From NCBI GenBank assembly GCA_934101175.1, contig CAKOQC010000002.1, forward strand, positions 220,424-284,423: a DNA stretch of 64,000 bases, in the 5' to 3' direction. The stretch comes from an uncultured Bacilli bacterium (GTDB taxonomy: Bacteria; Bacillota_I; Bacilli_A; RF39; UBA660). A program made the translations under genes and the position numbers. This document shows positions 39,368-48,390 of the stretch, in pieces. Position 1 is the stretch's first letter; each line of letters opens with the position of its first letter. The notes below the pieces were generated by a model, which saw nothing but the letters and a program-made list of their open reading frames with translations, was not told the DNA's origin and ran no database searches.

Positions 39368-39416
39368 TAAGATAGTCTAGAAATATGTTATAATAAAGAA
39401 AAGGATGTAGATAGAT

Positions 39417-41471
39417 ATGGATAATTATAATTTTACGGAAGAAGATTTTACTCCTGGTTTTCATAAGAAACAAATACAAGGTAATGATGGCCAATATTAT
39501 ACAATGAGATGGACAGTTCCAGATGGTGGAATTGATGAAAATACACAGCCTTTATTATATGTTGGCGGCGGAGGCGGTGGACTAGATGGTTTTGATGGAA
39601 CTCAACCGCAATATTTTCGTGATGAACTTACTAAAAATGGTAATGCTAATGCTTTTGTTGTAAATATACAAAGTGGTTATGGTAATAAAATAGCAGGATT
39701 ATCTGATCAAATTAATGGACTAATTGATAGTGCATATAGTAATGCTTCAGTAGATGTTCCAAAGCAAACCAGTTATTCTGGGTGGAGTGCAGGAGCGAAG
39801 GGAGCTTTAGAAGCGGCAGCTTTAACTATTAAAGCAAATCCTGATAATAATAATATAAATGTAGTATATGCTGTTGACTGGGGAGATGATGTTTCTAATG
39901 GATCAGGACCTAATGGCTTTTCTGTTAATGATGCTAATAATTTAGAAATGTTAAATACCTTGGCTGATAACGGAACAACTTTTGTGGCTATTGAACCTAG
40001 ATTATCAGCAGATACTGCTAATAGTGATGCATCTTTAGCAAATCGTTTAGAGGCACTAAAGATGGAAGTAACGCCTGGTGAAGAAGTAGATGCAGGCTTC
40101 TATGTTCCTAAGGAATATGTTAGATGGTCAGAAAAGTCTGATTTAACAATGGTTTTTGCTACTTATGAGTCTAGTGGTAATGAGGGGGATGACCATGCGG
40201 TAGCTCCAAGTGTTTTTGGTGGATCAATGATACCTAGTATTACCGGTGGGGATAAAAATAAGGCTGGAAATGTAGAAAAAGATATTTCTGGTTATAAGTT
40301 TGATTATAATTCATCTGCAGAAGAAGAATTTGAATATTATGCAATGAGTGATGGAATAGCAGTTCCAATATCTTATGATGAATATCTAGACTTAGTATCA
40401 GGTAAAAAGAGTGTACCAGATTATGTATCAGTTAAACGTGATTATTTAGCAAATCCTTTAGTGTCAGTAGATTATGAATTTATACAAGATGGAATGGAAG
40501 CTTTAAAGAGTTTAGCAGCTGGAATGAATATTAATAGTGTTAATAGATATATTCCAGAAGATAACGGATCAGCAACATTTAAAGTAGTTAGTGATCTTTA
40601 TAATAATTATGCAGATGCTTCTAAAGGAATAATAGACGGAGTAATGAAGTCATGTGATAGTATTATTAGTATAGCGGAATCTATACAAAACTTGGATGCT
40701 AGAATGGCTAATACTATTTGTGGACAAATAGATTCTTCGTTAGCGGCAATGGATATAGATTTTGAAAAATATAAAGAGGCATTTATTTCTTCTACTACAG
40801 ATATTAGTCAAGGTAATGAGATAAATATGACTATGGAATCATTACTTAAAGAAGTATCAGCAAATAATGAAATTATTAGTAACATGCACAAAGATATTGA
40901 GGAAACAACAAAGTTAAAGGCAGAAATAGATAAATTCATTGAAGAATCTAATGGTAAGCTTCAAGGTGAAGGCTGGGATTTAGTTAGAGATAAGATGGAT
41001 GAATACAGCGAAATGTTACAGGAGAAGAATGATTATGCAATGGAATTTGTTGATAAAACAATAGAGTCATATAAGAAATTAATTGAATACTTTGAAGATA
41101 ATGTTGTATTAGATACTTCAACAATTCCTGAAGTAAAGACTAGTATTGATAATTTAACTACACAGATAGAAATGTTAATAGCTCATATTGCTGAATTATC
41201 AGATCAATGGGAAGAAGTAACTGTTTATGGTGATGATGGTAAACCTGCAGGAACAATGTTACAAAAAGTAGATAATTCAGCACTTATAGCAGAATGTAAT
41301 GAACAATTAGATGAATGTAGACAAGTAAAACAAGAAATGGAAGCTGTTCTTGAAAAATTAGAAGGATTAAAAGGATTTGATAAAGCACTTGCAGATACAT
41401 TTACCTTCTTAGGATTAGCATCAATTTCTGCTAATAGTTTTTTAGGCGGTATGCTAGGAAGAATAGCATAA
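39417..41471 (+). CDS. Alpha/beta-hydrolase + C-terminal LXG-like helical domain with a glycine-rich hydrophobic tail (reverse-LXG effector candidate)
   Basis: No signal peptide. 'LLYVGGGGGG', nucleophile elbow 'GWSAG' (Ser codon 39786-39788) and 'GDDHAV'. LXG-like 'NGKLQGEGWDLVRDKMDEYSEMLQEKNDYAMEFVDKTIESYKKLIEYFEDNVVLDTSTIPEVK' (L515-x-G517). Tail 'FTFLGLASISANSFLGGMLGRIA'. Confidence 0.6.
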   Translation: MDNYNFTEEDFTPGFHKKQIQGNDGQYYTMRWTVPDGGIDENTQPLLYVGGGGGGLDGFDGTQPQYFRDELTKNGNANAFVVNIQSGYGNKIAGLSDQINGLIDSAYSNASVDVPKQTSYSGWSAGAKGALEAAALTIKANPDNNNINVVYAVDWGDDVSNGSGPNGFSVNDANNLEMLNTLADNGTTFVAIEPRLSADTANSDASLANRLEALKMEVTPGEEVDAGFYVPKEYVRWSEKSDLTMVFATYESSGNEGDDHAVAPSVFGGSMIPSITGGDKNKAGNVEKDISGYKFDYNSSAEEEFEYYAMSDGIAVPISYDEYLDLVSGKKSVPDYVSVKRDYLANPLVSVDYEFIQDGMEALKSLAAGMNINSVNRYIPEDNGSATFKVVSDLYNNYADASKGIIDGVMKSCDSIISIAESIQNLDARMANTICGQIDSSLAAMDIDFEKYKEAFISSTTDISQGNEINMTMESLLKEVSANNEIISNMHKDIEETTKLKAEIDKFIEESNGKLQGEGWDLVRDKMDEYSEMLQEKNDYAMEFVDKTIESYKKLIEYFEDNVVLDTSTIPEVKTSIDNLTTQIEMLIAHIAELSDQWEEVTVYGDDGKPAGTMLQKVDNSALIAECNEQLDECRQVKQEMEAVLEKLEGLKGFDKALADTFTFLGLASISANSFLGGMLGRIA

Positions 41472-41505
41472 TAAAAGAATAAATAAGTGAGAGGTGGCTA
41501 GAGGA

Positions 41506-42537
41506 ATGAAAAAAAGATCAATTTTATTAATAATATTAATGGTTGTTTCTTTTACACTTACATATATCTTTGGATATAATGGATTTAATACTTTAGTTAA
41601 AACACTAATTAATTATAAAGAGAGTAGTAATGTAGAATATAGAGTATATTTAAAAGATAATAATATATATAAAAGTAATATACTTGATATGAATAAGAAA
41701 TATATTACAGAACTTGTTGATTATATAGATATGGACTTTAATTATAAGATTAAGTTTGATAGATATATAAGTGGATATTATTCTTATCTTGTAGAAGCTC
41801 AAGTAGTAGCATATGAAGATGATATTAATGATCCATTATGGATAAAAGAATATAATGAATTAGATAGTAAAGTGGAAGTATTAAATAAAAATAAGATAGA
41901 TACTATTGATATTAAAGATACTGTTAGAATTGGTTATAAAGAATATAAGAAAGTAATAGATGACTTTAAAGAAGAATATGGATTAGATATATCTGGTTAT
42001 TTATTAGTTAAATTTAAAATGAATAAAACAGTAGACTTTAGTGGATTAACAAAAGAAGTTAATGATGATAGAATTATAAAAGTAATAGTACCACTTACTT
42101 ATGATACATTTAAAATAAATGTAATAAATGATAATAATAAGAGTGATAGTTATTATGAATTTACTACTAAGAGTGATGTTAATTATTTATTCTTAATATT
42201 TGCAGCTTTAAGTGGATCAATAGGAGTGTCATTATTAATACTAGTAGTAAAAGAAATGATAGATGTTTCTAAGATGGAAAGTAATTATAATAAAGAACTT
42301 AAAAAGATACTTAAAGATAATAGAGATATAATAGTTAATGTTAATAAATTATACAATAAAAAGAAATATAACTTAATATATGTAGATAGTTTTATAGAAC
42401 TTATGGATGTATATAATAGAGTAGAAAGTCCTATATCATTTAAAGAAATAGAAAAAAATAAAGAAGCAATATTCTTAATTATTGAGAATGATAATGCTTG
42501 GATATATCGTTTAGTTAATAAGAAGAAAGAAAAGTAG
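41506..42537 (+). CDS. Two-TM membrane protein of unknown function, co-oriented just downstream of the hydrolase-LXG gene
   Basis: TM1 'SILLIILMVVSFTLTYIFGY'. About 200-aa extracytoplasmic beta-rich region. TM2 'YLFLIFAALSGSIGVSLLILVV'. About 95-aa cytoplasmic tail. SD AGAGGTGG. Possibly DUF5305-like (from memory, unverified). Confidence 0.55.
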   Translation: MKKRSILLIILMVVSFTLTYIFGYNGFNTLVKTLINYKESSNVEYRVYLKDNNIYKSNILDMNKKYITELVDYIDMDFNYKIKFDRYISGYYSYLVEAQVVAYEDDINDPLWIKEYNELDSKVEVLNKNKIDTIDIKDTVRIGYKEYKKVIDDFKEEYGLDISGYLLVKFKMNKTVDFSGLTKEVNDDRIIKVIVPLTYDTFKINVINDNNKSDSYYEFTTKSDVNYLFLIFAALSGSIGVSLLILVVKEMIDVSKMESNYNKELKKILKDNRDIIVNVNKLYNKKKYNLIYVDSFIELMDVYNRVESPISFKEIEKNKEAIFLIIENDNAWIYRLVNKKKEK

Positions 42538-42681
42538 AAAAAATCTTTCTTTTTTCTTGCTTTTTAAAAATAATTATGATATGTTAAATACTGATACGGA
42601 GGAAATGCTAATAAATTACAGTCATTTTATACTTTATTTGGAAAGTTAATGGCTTTTTTTGCGTGTTAGGAAGGAGTATTT

Positions 42682-43665
42682 GTGGATATTATCACAGTAA
42701 ATGGTCTTAGTAAAGAATATAAGATCGTAAAAAGAGATAGTGGATTTAAAAATGCACTAAAGTCTTTTATTAAGAGAGAGTACCGGATAGTTAAGGCAGT
42801 AGATGACATATCATTTAAGATTAAAAAGGGAGAAATTGTTGGATACATAGGTCCAAATGGAGCTGGAAAAAGTACAACAATTAAAATGCTTAGTGGAATA
42901 CTTGCTCCGGATAAAGGGGAAATCAATATTTTAGGAATGAATCCAGTTGATGACAGAATTAAATATGTTAAAGAAATAGGAGTAGTATTTGGACAGAAAA
43001 GTCAACTATGGTGGGATATTCCAGCAGAAGATTCATTCGATTTACTTAAGGATATTTACAAAATACCAGATGAAGAATACGAAAAAAATAAAAAAGAATT
43101 AGTAGAAATACTACATCTAGAAGAAATAATTAAATCTCCAGTAAGGCAACTTAGCTTAGGAGAAAGAATGAAGTGTGAACTAGTAGCATCATTATTACAT
43201 AGTCCTAAAATATTATTTCTAGATGAACCTACTATAGGATTAGATGCAGTAAGTAAAGTTATTGTTAGAGACTTTATTAAAAAAATTAATAAAGAAAGAA
43301 AAGTAACAGTAATACTGACAACTCATGATATGGCAGATATAGAATCATTAACAGATAGACTAATTGTAATAGGACATGGACATAAACTATATGATGGAAG
43401 TGTTAGAGAACTTAAAGAAAAATATTCAAATGAAAAAATAGTAGAAATTATTTATGAAAATATGAAGAAGATACCTAAAATAGATAATACAGAAATTATT
43501 AGTAATGAAAATGGAATAATTAGAATAAAGATAGATACTAAGAAATTAACAGTATCAGATATTACCTATAAGTATTCAGAAGTATGTGAAATAAAAGATA
43601 TTAATGTAATAGCTTCTTCAATAGATGAAATAATATATAAATTATATACGGAGTTTCAAATATGA
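42682..43665 (+). CDS. ABC transporter ATP-binding protein (ABC-2 type)
   Basis: GTG start with AGGAAGGAG SD. Walker A 'GPNGAGKST', signature 'LSLGERMK', Walker B 'ILFLDEPTIGLD'. Confidence 0.85.
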   Translation: MDIITVNGLSKEYKIVKRDSGFKNALKSFIKREYRIVKAVDDISFKIKKGEIVGYIGPNGAGKSTTIKMLSGILAPDKGEINILGMNPVDDRIKYVKEIGVVFGQKSQLWWDIPAEDSFDLLKDIYKIPDEEYEKNKKELVEILHLEEIIKSPVRQLSLGERMKCELVASLLHSPKILFLDEPTIGLDAVSKVIVRDFIKKINKERKVTVILTTHDMADIESLTDRLIVIGHGHKLYDGSVRELKEKYSNEKIVEIIYENMKKIPKIDNTEIISNENGIIRIKIDTKKLTVSDITYKYSEVCEIKDINVIASSIDEIIYKLYTEFQI

Positions 43666-44462
43666 GACTATATGTAAATTATTTTAAGTTAAGAATGATG
43701 ACTTTTCTTCAATATAAGGTATCAGCAATAGCAGGACTTACAACACAATTCTTTTGGGGACTTATGATGATAGGAATATATTTAGCTTTTTATTCGTCAA
43801 AGTCAGATGTAGGTATAAATTTAGAACAGATAATTGCTTATACATGGTTACATCAAGCTTGTTATGGTTTTTTGGCAGTAAGAGTAAATGATCAAGAAAT
43901 ATCTAGTGCTATTAGAAGTGGTAGTGTGGCATATGAGATAATAAGACCTTATAACTTATATTTATGGTGGTATATTAAATCAATATCAAAAAGAATAGCT
44001 AATGGTATGTTAAGAGTATTACCAGTAATAATAGTAGCTTTAATATTACCAGAACCATATAGATTAGCATTACCTAGTAGTATTAGTAACTTTATCTTAT
44101 TCTTAATATCACTAGTATTAGGAATATTAGTAGTATCTGCTATTAACATGTTAGTATATACTATTGGATTTTATTCATATAATGATGCTGGTATTGGAAG
44201 TATAATTAATAGTATTATGGAAGTATTATCAGGAGGATTAGTACCAGTAATATTACTTCCTAATATAATACAAAAACTTACTTATTATTTACCATTTAGA
44301 CTTATTAGTGATTTACCATTTAGGGTGTATACTAATAATATAGGTATTTATGAAGGAATGTTAGGAATAGGACTTCAGTTAGGATGGATAATTATTTTAG
44401 TATATGTAGGTAATATGATCGTTAAAAAATCTCTTGGAAAGGTATTTGTTCAAGGTGGTTAA
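43662..44462 (+). CDS. ABC-2 family permease (6 TM)
   Basis: Overlaps the ATPase stop. Polytopic, typical of the paired ABC-2 permeases that follow this ATPase class. Confidence 0.7.
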   Translation: MRLYVNYFKLRMMTFLQYKVSAIAGLTTQFFWGLMMIGIYLAFYSSKSDVGINLEQIIAYTWLHQACYGFLAVRVNDQEISSAIRSGSVAYEIIRPYNLYLWWYIKSISKRIANGMLRVLPVIIVALILPEPYRLALPSSISNFILFLISLVLGILVVSAINMLVYTIGFYSYNDAGIGSIINSIMEVLSGGLVPVILLPNIIQKLTYYLPFRLISDLPFRVYTNNIGIYEGMLGIGLQLGWIIILVYVGNMIVKKSLGKVFVQGG

Positions 44463-44463
44463 T

Positions 44464-45237
44464 ATGAAGTTAATTAAGAAATATATAGAAATGTATTTAA
44501 AAAGTCAATTAGAATATAAATCATCATTTATCTTGACATGTATAGCTCAACTATTAACAGTATCACTTAGTTCATTTATGGTATTTATACTAATGGATAA
44601 ATTTAACTTCTTAGAAGATTATAATGTATATGAACTTATGCTAGGAATAGCTTTAGTACAATTTGGATTTAGCTTTTCTGAATGTTTCTTTAGAGGATTT
44701 GATAAATTTTCAGAAGTTATTAAAAAGGGAAGTCTTGACTTGATGTTGATAAGACCTAGGAATATTTATATTCAGGTGTTTGGAAGTAATTTAGAATTTA
44801 CTAAGTTAAGTAGAGTAATAGGAAGTTTAATTCTATTTATAATAGCTATTATTAATATAGATAATATATCATTCTTAGGAATAATATATTTATGTTTATT
44901 ACTAGTGTTTTCTTCAATGATATATATAGCATTATTTATATTTTCTGCATGCTTTTGTTTTAAGACAATAGAAGGATTAGAATTTATGAATATATTTACA
45001 GATGGAAGTAGAGAATTTGGACAGTATCCTATGAGTTTATTTAAAAGAGAAATATTAATAGTATTTACATTCTTGATACCTTTAGCATGTATTAATTATT
45101 ATCCAATTAATTATATATTAGGAAAAAGTGATAACTTATTATACTTACTTAGTCCACTTATGTGTATTGTACCTTTAGTAATAGCAATTTGGACCTTTAA
45201 TAGATGTATTAAACATTATGAGAGTGCAGGTAGTTAA
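44464..45237 (+). CDS. ABC-2 family permease (second subunit)
   Basis: ATG 44464 lies 2 nt after the previous stop. Polytopic membrane protein. Confidence 0.7.
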   Translation: MKLIKKYIEMYLKSQLEYKSSFILTCIAQLLTVSLSSFMVFILMDKFNFLEDYNVYELMLGIALVQFGFSFSECFFRGFDKFSEVIKKGSLDLMLIRPRNIYIQVFGSNLEFTKLSRVIGSLILFIIAIINIDNISFLGIIYLCLLLVFSSMIYIALFIFSACFCFKTIEGLEFMNIFTDGSREFGQYPMSLFKREILIVFTFLIPLACINYYPINYILGKSDNLLYLLSPLMCIVPLVIAIWTFNRCIKHYESAGS

Positions 45238-45301
45238 TAATAATATCTATATCTTTATTTTAAGTCTGGTTTATGATAAAATAAGGATATAGGAGGAATT
45301 T

Positions 45302-45715
45302 ATGGATAAAAAGAAAATTAATCTAGATAAAGAAAAGAAAGTAGCTAATGAGTTTAAAGAATTTATTTCTAAGGGGAATATAGTTGATATGGCAGTTGGT
45401 GTTATTATAGGATCTGCTTTTGGAAAAATAGTAACATCACTTGTTAATGATATATTTATGCCACTTATAGGAATAATTATTGGAGGACTTGATTTTTCTA
45501 AACTTACTTTAACTGTGGGAGATGCAGTAATTGCCTATGGAACATTTATTCAAAATATTGTAGATTTTCTTATTATAGCAATATGTATATTTATAATGAT
45601 TAAAGTATTAGCTAAATTTAAGAAAAAAGAAGAAGTAAAACCAGTAGAAGTTAAAGAGAGTGAAGAAGTAGTTTTACTTAGAGAAATTAGAGATTTAATT
45701 AAGAAAAATATTTAA
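45302..45715 (+). CDS. mscL: Large-conductance mechanosensitive channel
   Basis: '[37 protein letters not shown]' is the canonical MscL N-terminus and TM1. Confidence 0.95.
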   Translation: MDKKKINLDKEKKVANEFKEFISKGNIVDMAVGVIIGSAFGKIVTSLVNDIFMPLIGIIIGGLDFSKLTLTVGDAVIAYGTFIQNIVDFLIIAICIFIMIKVLAKFKKKEEVKPVEVKESEEVVLLREIRDLIKKNI

Positions 45716-45799
45716 TTATAAGTATTTTTCTTTTTTTAGGCTAAAGAATAGACAAGTAGGGTACTATGAGAATATACTAAAATGAAAATGGAGGTTAAA

Positions 45800-46804
45800 A
45801 TGAAAAAAAATTTGGTAGGTTTAATATCTATTTTTTTAGTAGTTTTATTTGCTACTTTAGCAATAATTAGAATTAAAGAGGAAGAGAATAATGGATTAAA
45901 AAAAATAACTGTAGCAGAGGTTGCTCATAGTGTATTTTATGCTCCGCAATATGTAGCACATGGTCTTGGATACTTTGAAGAAGAAGGATTAGATGTTTCA
46001 ATAGTACTTACTAGTGGAGCAGATAATGTTATGGCTGCAGTATTATCAGGAGATGCTGATATTGGATTTTCAGGATCAGAAGCTACAATATATGTTTATA
46101 ATGGTGGCGAAAAAGATTATGTAATGACATTTGCAGGTTTAACACAAAAAGATGGATCATTTTTAGTATCAAGAGAAAAGTATAATAACTTTACTTTAAA
46201 TGATTTGAAAGGTAAGAGGGTAATAGGCGGAAGAGTAGCAGGAATGCCAGAAATGACTTTTGAATGGGCGCTTCGAGAAAATGGAATAGATCCTAAGAAT
46301 GATTTAGAGATTGATACTTCAGTAGCTTTTCCAGCAATGGAAGGATCATTTATAGGTGGTAATGGTGATTTTGTTACATTATTTGAACCGAATGCTACAT
46401 CAGTAGAAAAGAATGGCTATGGTTATGTAGTAGCATATGTAGGTGATCTAGGAGGATTAGTTCCATATACAGCATATAATGCTAGAAAAAGTTATATTGA
46501 AAATAATCCTGAAGTAATTAAAAACTTTACTAAAGCTGTTAATAAAGGACTTGAATATGTTAATAGTCATAGTGCTAAAGAAATAGCAGAAATAGTAGTT
46601 AAATATTTTCCAGATACAAGTTTAAGTGATATGGAAACTATTATTAATAGATATAAAACTGGAGAAGCTTGGAAGAAAAATATTACAATAAATGAAGAAG
46701 AATGGAATCATATTCAAGAAATAATTGAAGCATCCGGGGAACTTCAAAATAAAGTTAATTATAATGTATTAATTTATGATAAGTACTTTAAAGATTATGA
46801 ATAA
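45800..46804 (+). CDS. NitT/TauT-family ABC substrate-binding protein (NMT1/THI5-like)
   Basis: GGAGG SD before ATG 45800. Signal anchor, then a periplasmic-binding fold ('VAHSVFYAPQYVAHGLGYFEEEGLDV'). Followed by the cognate ATPase and permease. Confidence 0.7.
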   Translation: MKKNLVGLISIFLVVLFATLAIIRIKEEENNGLKKITVAEVAHSVFYAPQYVAHGLGYFEEEGLDVSIVLTSGADNVMAAVLSGDADIGFSGSEATIYVYNGGEKDYVMTFAGLTQKDGSFLVSREKYNNFTLNDLKGKRVIGGRVAGMPEMTFEWALRENGIDPKNDLEIDTSVAFPAMEGSFIGGNGDFVTLFEPNATSVEKNGYGYVVAYVGDLGGLVPYTAYNARKSYIENNPEVIKNFTKAVNKGLEYVNSHSAKEIAEIVVKYFPDTSLSDMETIINRYKTGEAWKKNITINEEEWNHIQEIIEASGELQNKVNYNVLIYDKYFKDYE

Positions 46805-47546
46805 GATAATTGAACTTAAGGAAATAAATAAGAAATATTATAATATGAAAGGAGAACTTACAGCAATAGAAGATATATCATTTTCAGTTTTTGAAGGAGA
46901 ATATGTTGCAATAGTAGGACCATCTGGATGTGGGAAGAGTACCTTACTTAATATTATTGGTAATATTGATAAGAAAAGTGGAGGAGAAATAATACTTAAT
47001 AAAGATACAAAGATTGGGTATATGCTACAAGAGGATTCTTTGTTTCCATGGTTAACTATCTTAGATAATTGTTTAATAGGCTTAAAGGTACGTGGAGAAG
47101 TTAGTGATGATAAGATTGATTATGTTAAAAAATTACTAAATATATATGGCCTTAAGGATTTTATGAATAGTTATCCGACTAGTTTATCTGGTGGTATGAG
47201 ACAAAGAGTTGCTTTAATTAGGACACTAGCGATGAAGCCAGATATATTACTTTTAGATGAGCCATTCTCAGCACTAGATTATCAAACTAGATTAGCAGTA
47301 TCAGATGATGTTTATAAAATAATAAAAAATACTGGTAAGACAGTAATTATGATTACTCATGATATAGCAGAAGCAATATCTATGGCAGATAGAGTAATAG
47401 TACTTACAGAAAGACCAGCAAAAGTTAAACAAATATATAATATAGAAATGGAAGGAAAGAGTACGCCAATTAATAATAGAAAATGTAGAGAGTTTTCAGA
47501 ATACTATGATATGATATGGAAAGAGATTGATTATCATGAAAAGTAG
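46797..47546 (+). CDS. NitT/TauT-family ABC ATP-binding protein
   Basis: 'GPSGCGKST', 'LSGGMRQRVALIRTLA', 'LLLDEPFSALD'. Confidence 0.85.
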   Translation: MNKIIELKEINKKYYNMKGELTAIEDISFSVFEGEYVAIVGPSGCGKSTLLNIIGNIDKKSGGEIILNKDTKIGYMLQEDSLFPWLTILDNCLIGLKVRGEVSDDKIDYVKKLLNIYGLKDFMNSYPTSLSGGMRQRVALIRTLAMKPDILLLDEPFSALDYQTRLAVSDDVYKIIKNTGKTVIMITHDIAEAISMADRVIVLTERPAKVKQIYNIEMEGKSTPINNRKCREFSEYYDMIWKEIDYHEK

Positions 47547-48327
47547 AGAGTATAAATTATATTTAAGAAAATTAAAAATAGAGAAGATACTTATATATAG
47601 TGTACAAATATTAATAATAGTAGGATTTAATATACTATGGGAATATGCATCAAATAAAGGAATAATTAATACATTTATTTATTCTTCTCCAAGTAGAATG
47701 ATTAAGACAATAATAGATTTATATAATCAAAATAATTTATTTAATCATATATGGGTAACAGTATATGAGACAGTTATAAGTTTTAGTTTAGCAACAATAC
47801 TTGGTACAATAATAGCAATAATACTTTGGTATAGTAAATTCTTATATAGAGTATTTGATCCATATTTGACAGTACTTAATAGTTTACCTAAAGTAGCATT
47901 AGGACCAATTATCATAATTATATTTGGAGCTAATATAAAGTCAATTATTATAATGGCATTACTTATATCAATAGTAATTACGATTAGTAATGTATATTCA
48001 GGATTTATTAATACAGATAAAAATAAAATAAAACTATTAAAAAGTTTTGGAGCTTCAAAAAATCAAATGTTAAAATATTTAATAATTCCTAATAATTATC
48101 ATGTGATTGTTAATAGTTTAAAAATTAATGTTGGTATGAGTATGGTTGGAGTAATAATGGGAGAATTCTTAGTATCTAAAGAAGGAATAGGATACTTAAT
48201 AAATTATGGATCAGATGTATTTAATCTAAGTCTAGTATTTGCAGGAATAATAATACTTCTTATAGTATCTTATTTAATGTACTTGATAGTGTTATATATA
48301 GAAAAAGTGTTAATTAGAAATAATTAG
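47536..48327 (+). CDS. NitT/TauT-family ABC permease
   Basis: Six TM helices with a binding-protein-dependent transport signature region ('LKSFGASKNQMLKYLIIPN'). Confidence 0.8.
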   Translation: MKSREYKLYLRKLKIEKILIYSVQILIIVGFNILWEYASNKGIINTFIYSSPSRMIKTIIDLYNQNNLFNHIWVTVYETVISFSLATILGTIIAIILWYSKFLYRVFDPYLTVLNSLPKVALGPIIIIIFGANIKSIIIMALLISIVITISNVYSGFINTDKNKIKLLKSFGASKNQMLKYLIIPNNYHVIVNSLKINVGMSMVGVIMGEFLVSKEGIGYLINYGSDVFNLSLVFAGIIILLIVSYLMYLIVLYIEKVLIRNN

Positions 48328-48390
48328 CACTTTTTTACTAATGATTAAATTTATTTATGTGATATAATGAATATATAATAAGGAGATTGT

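Noticed and set aside
42605-42649. 14-codon mini-ORF (MLINYSHFILYLES) in the leader of the ABC-2 operon as a possible regulatory leader peptide.
   Set aside because: The GGAGG is only 2 nt from the ATG, which is poor spacing. No obvious alternative terminator/antiterminator pairing was seen, and such mini-ORFs are frequent by chance in AT-rich DNA.
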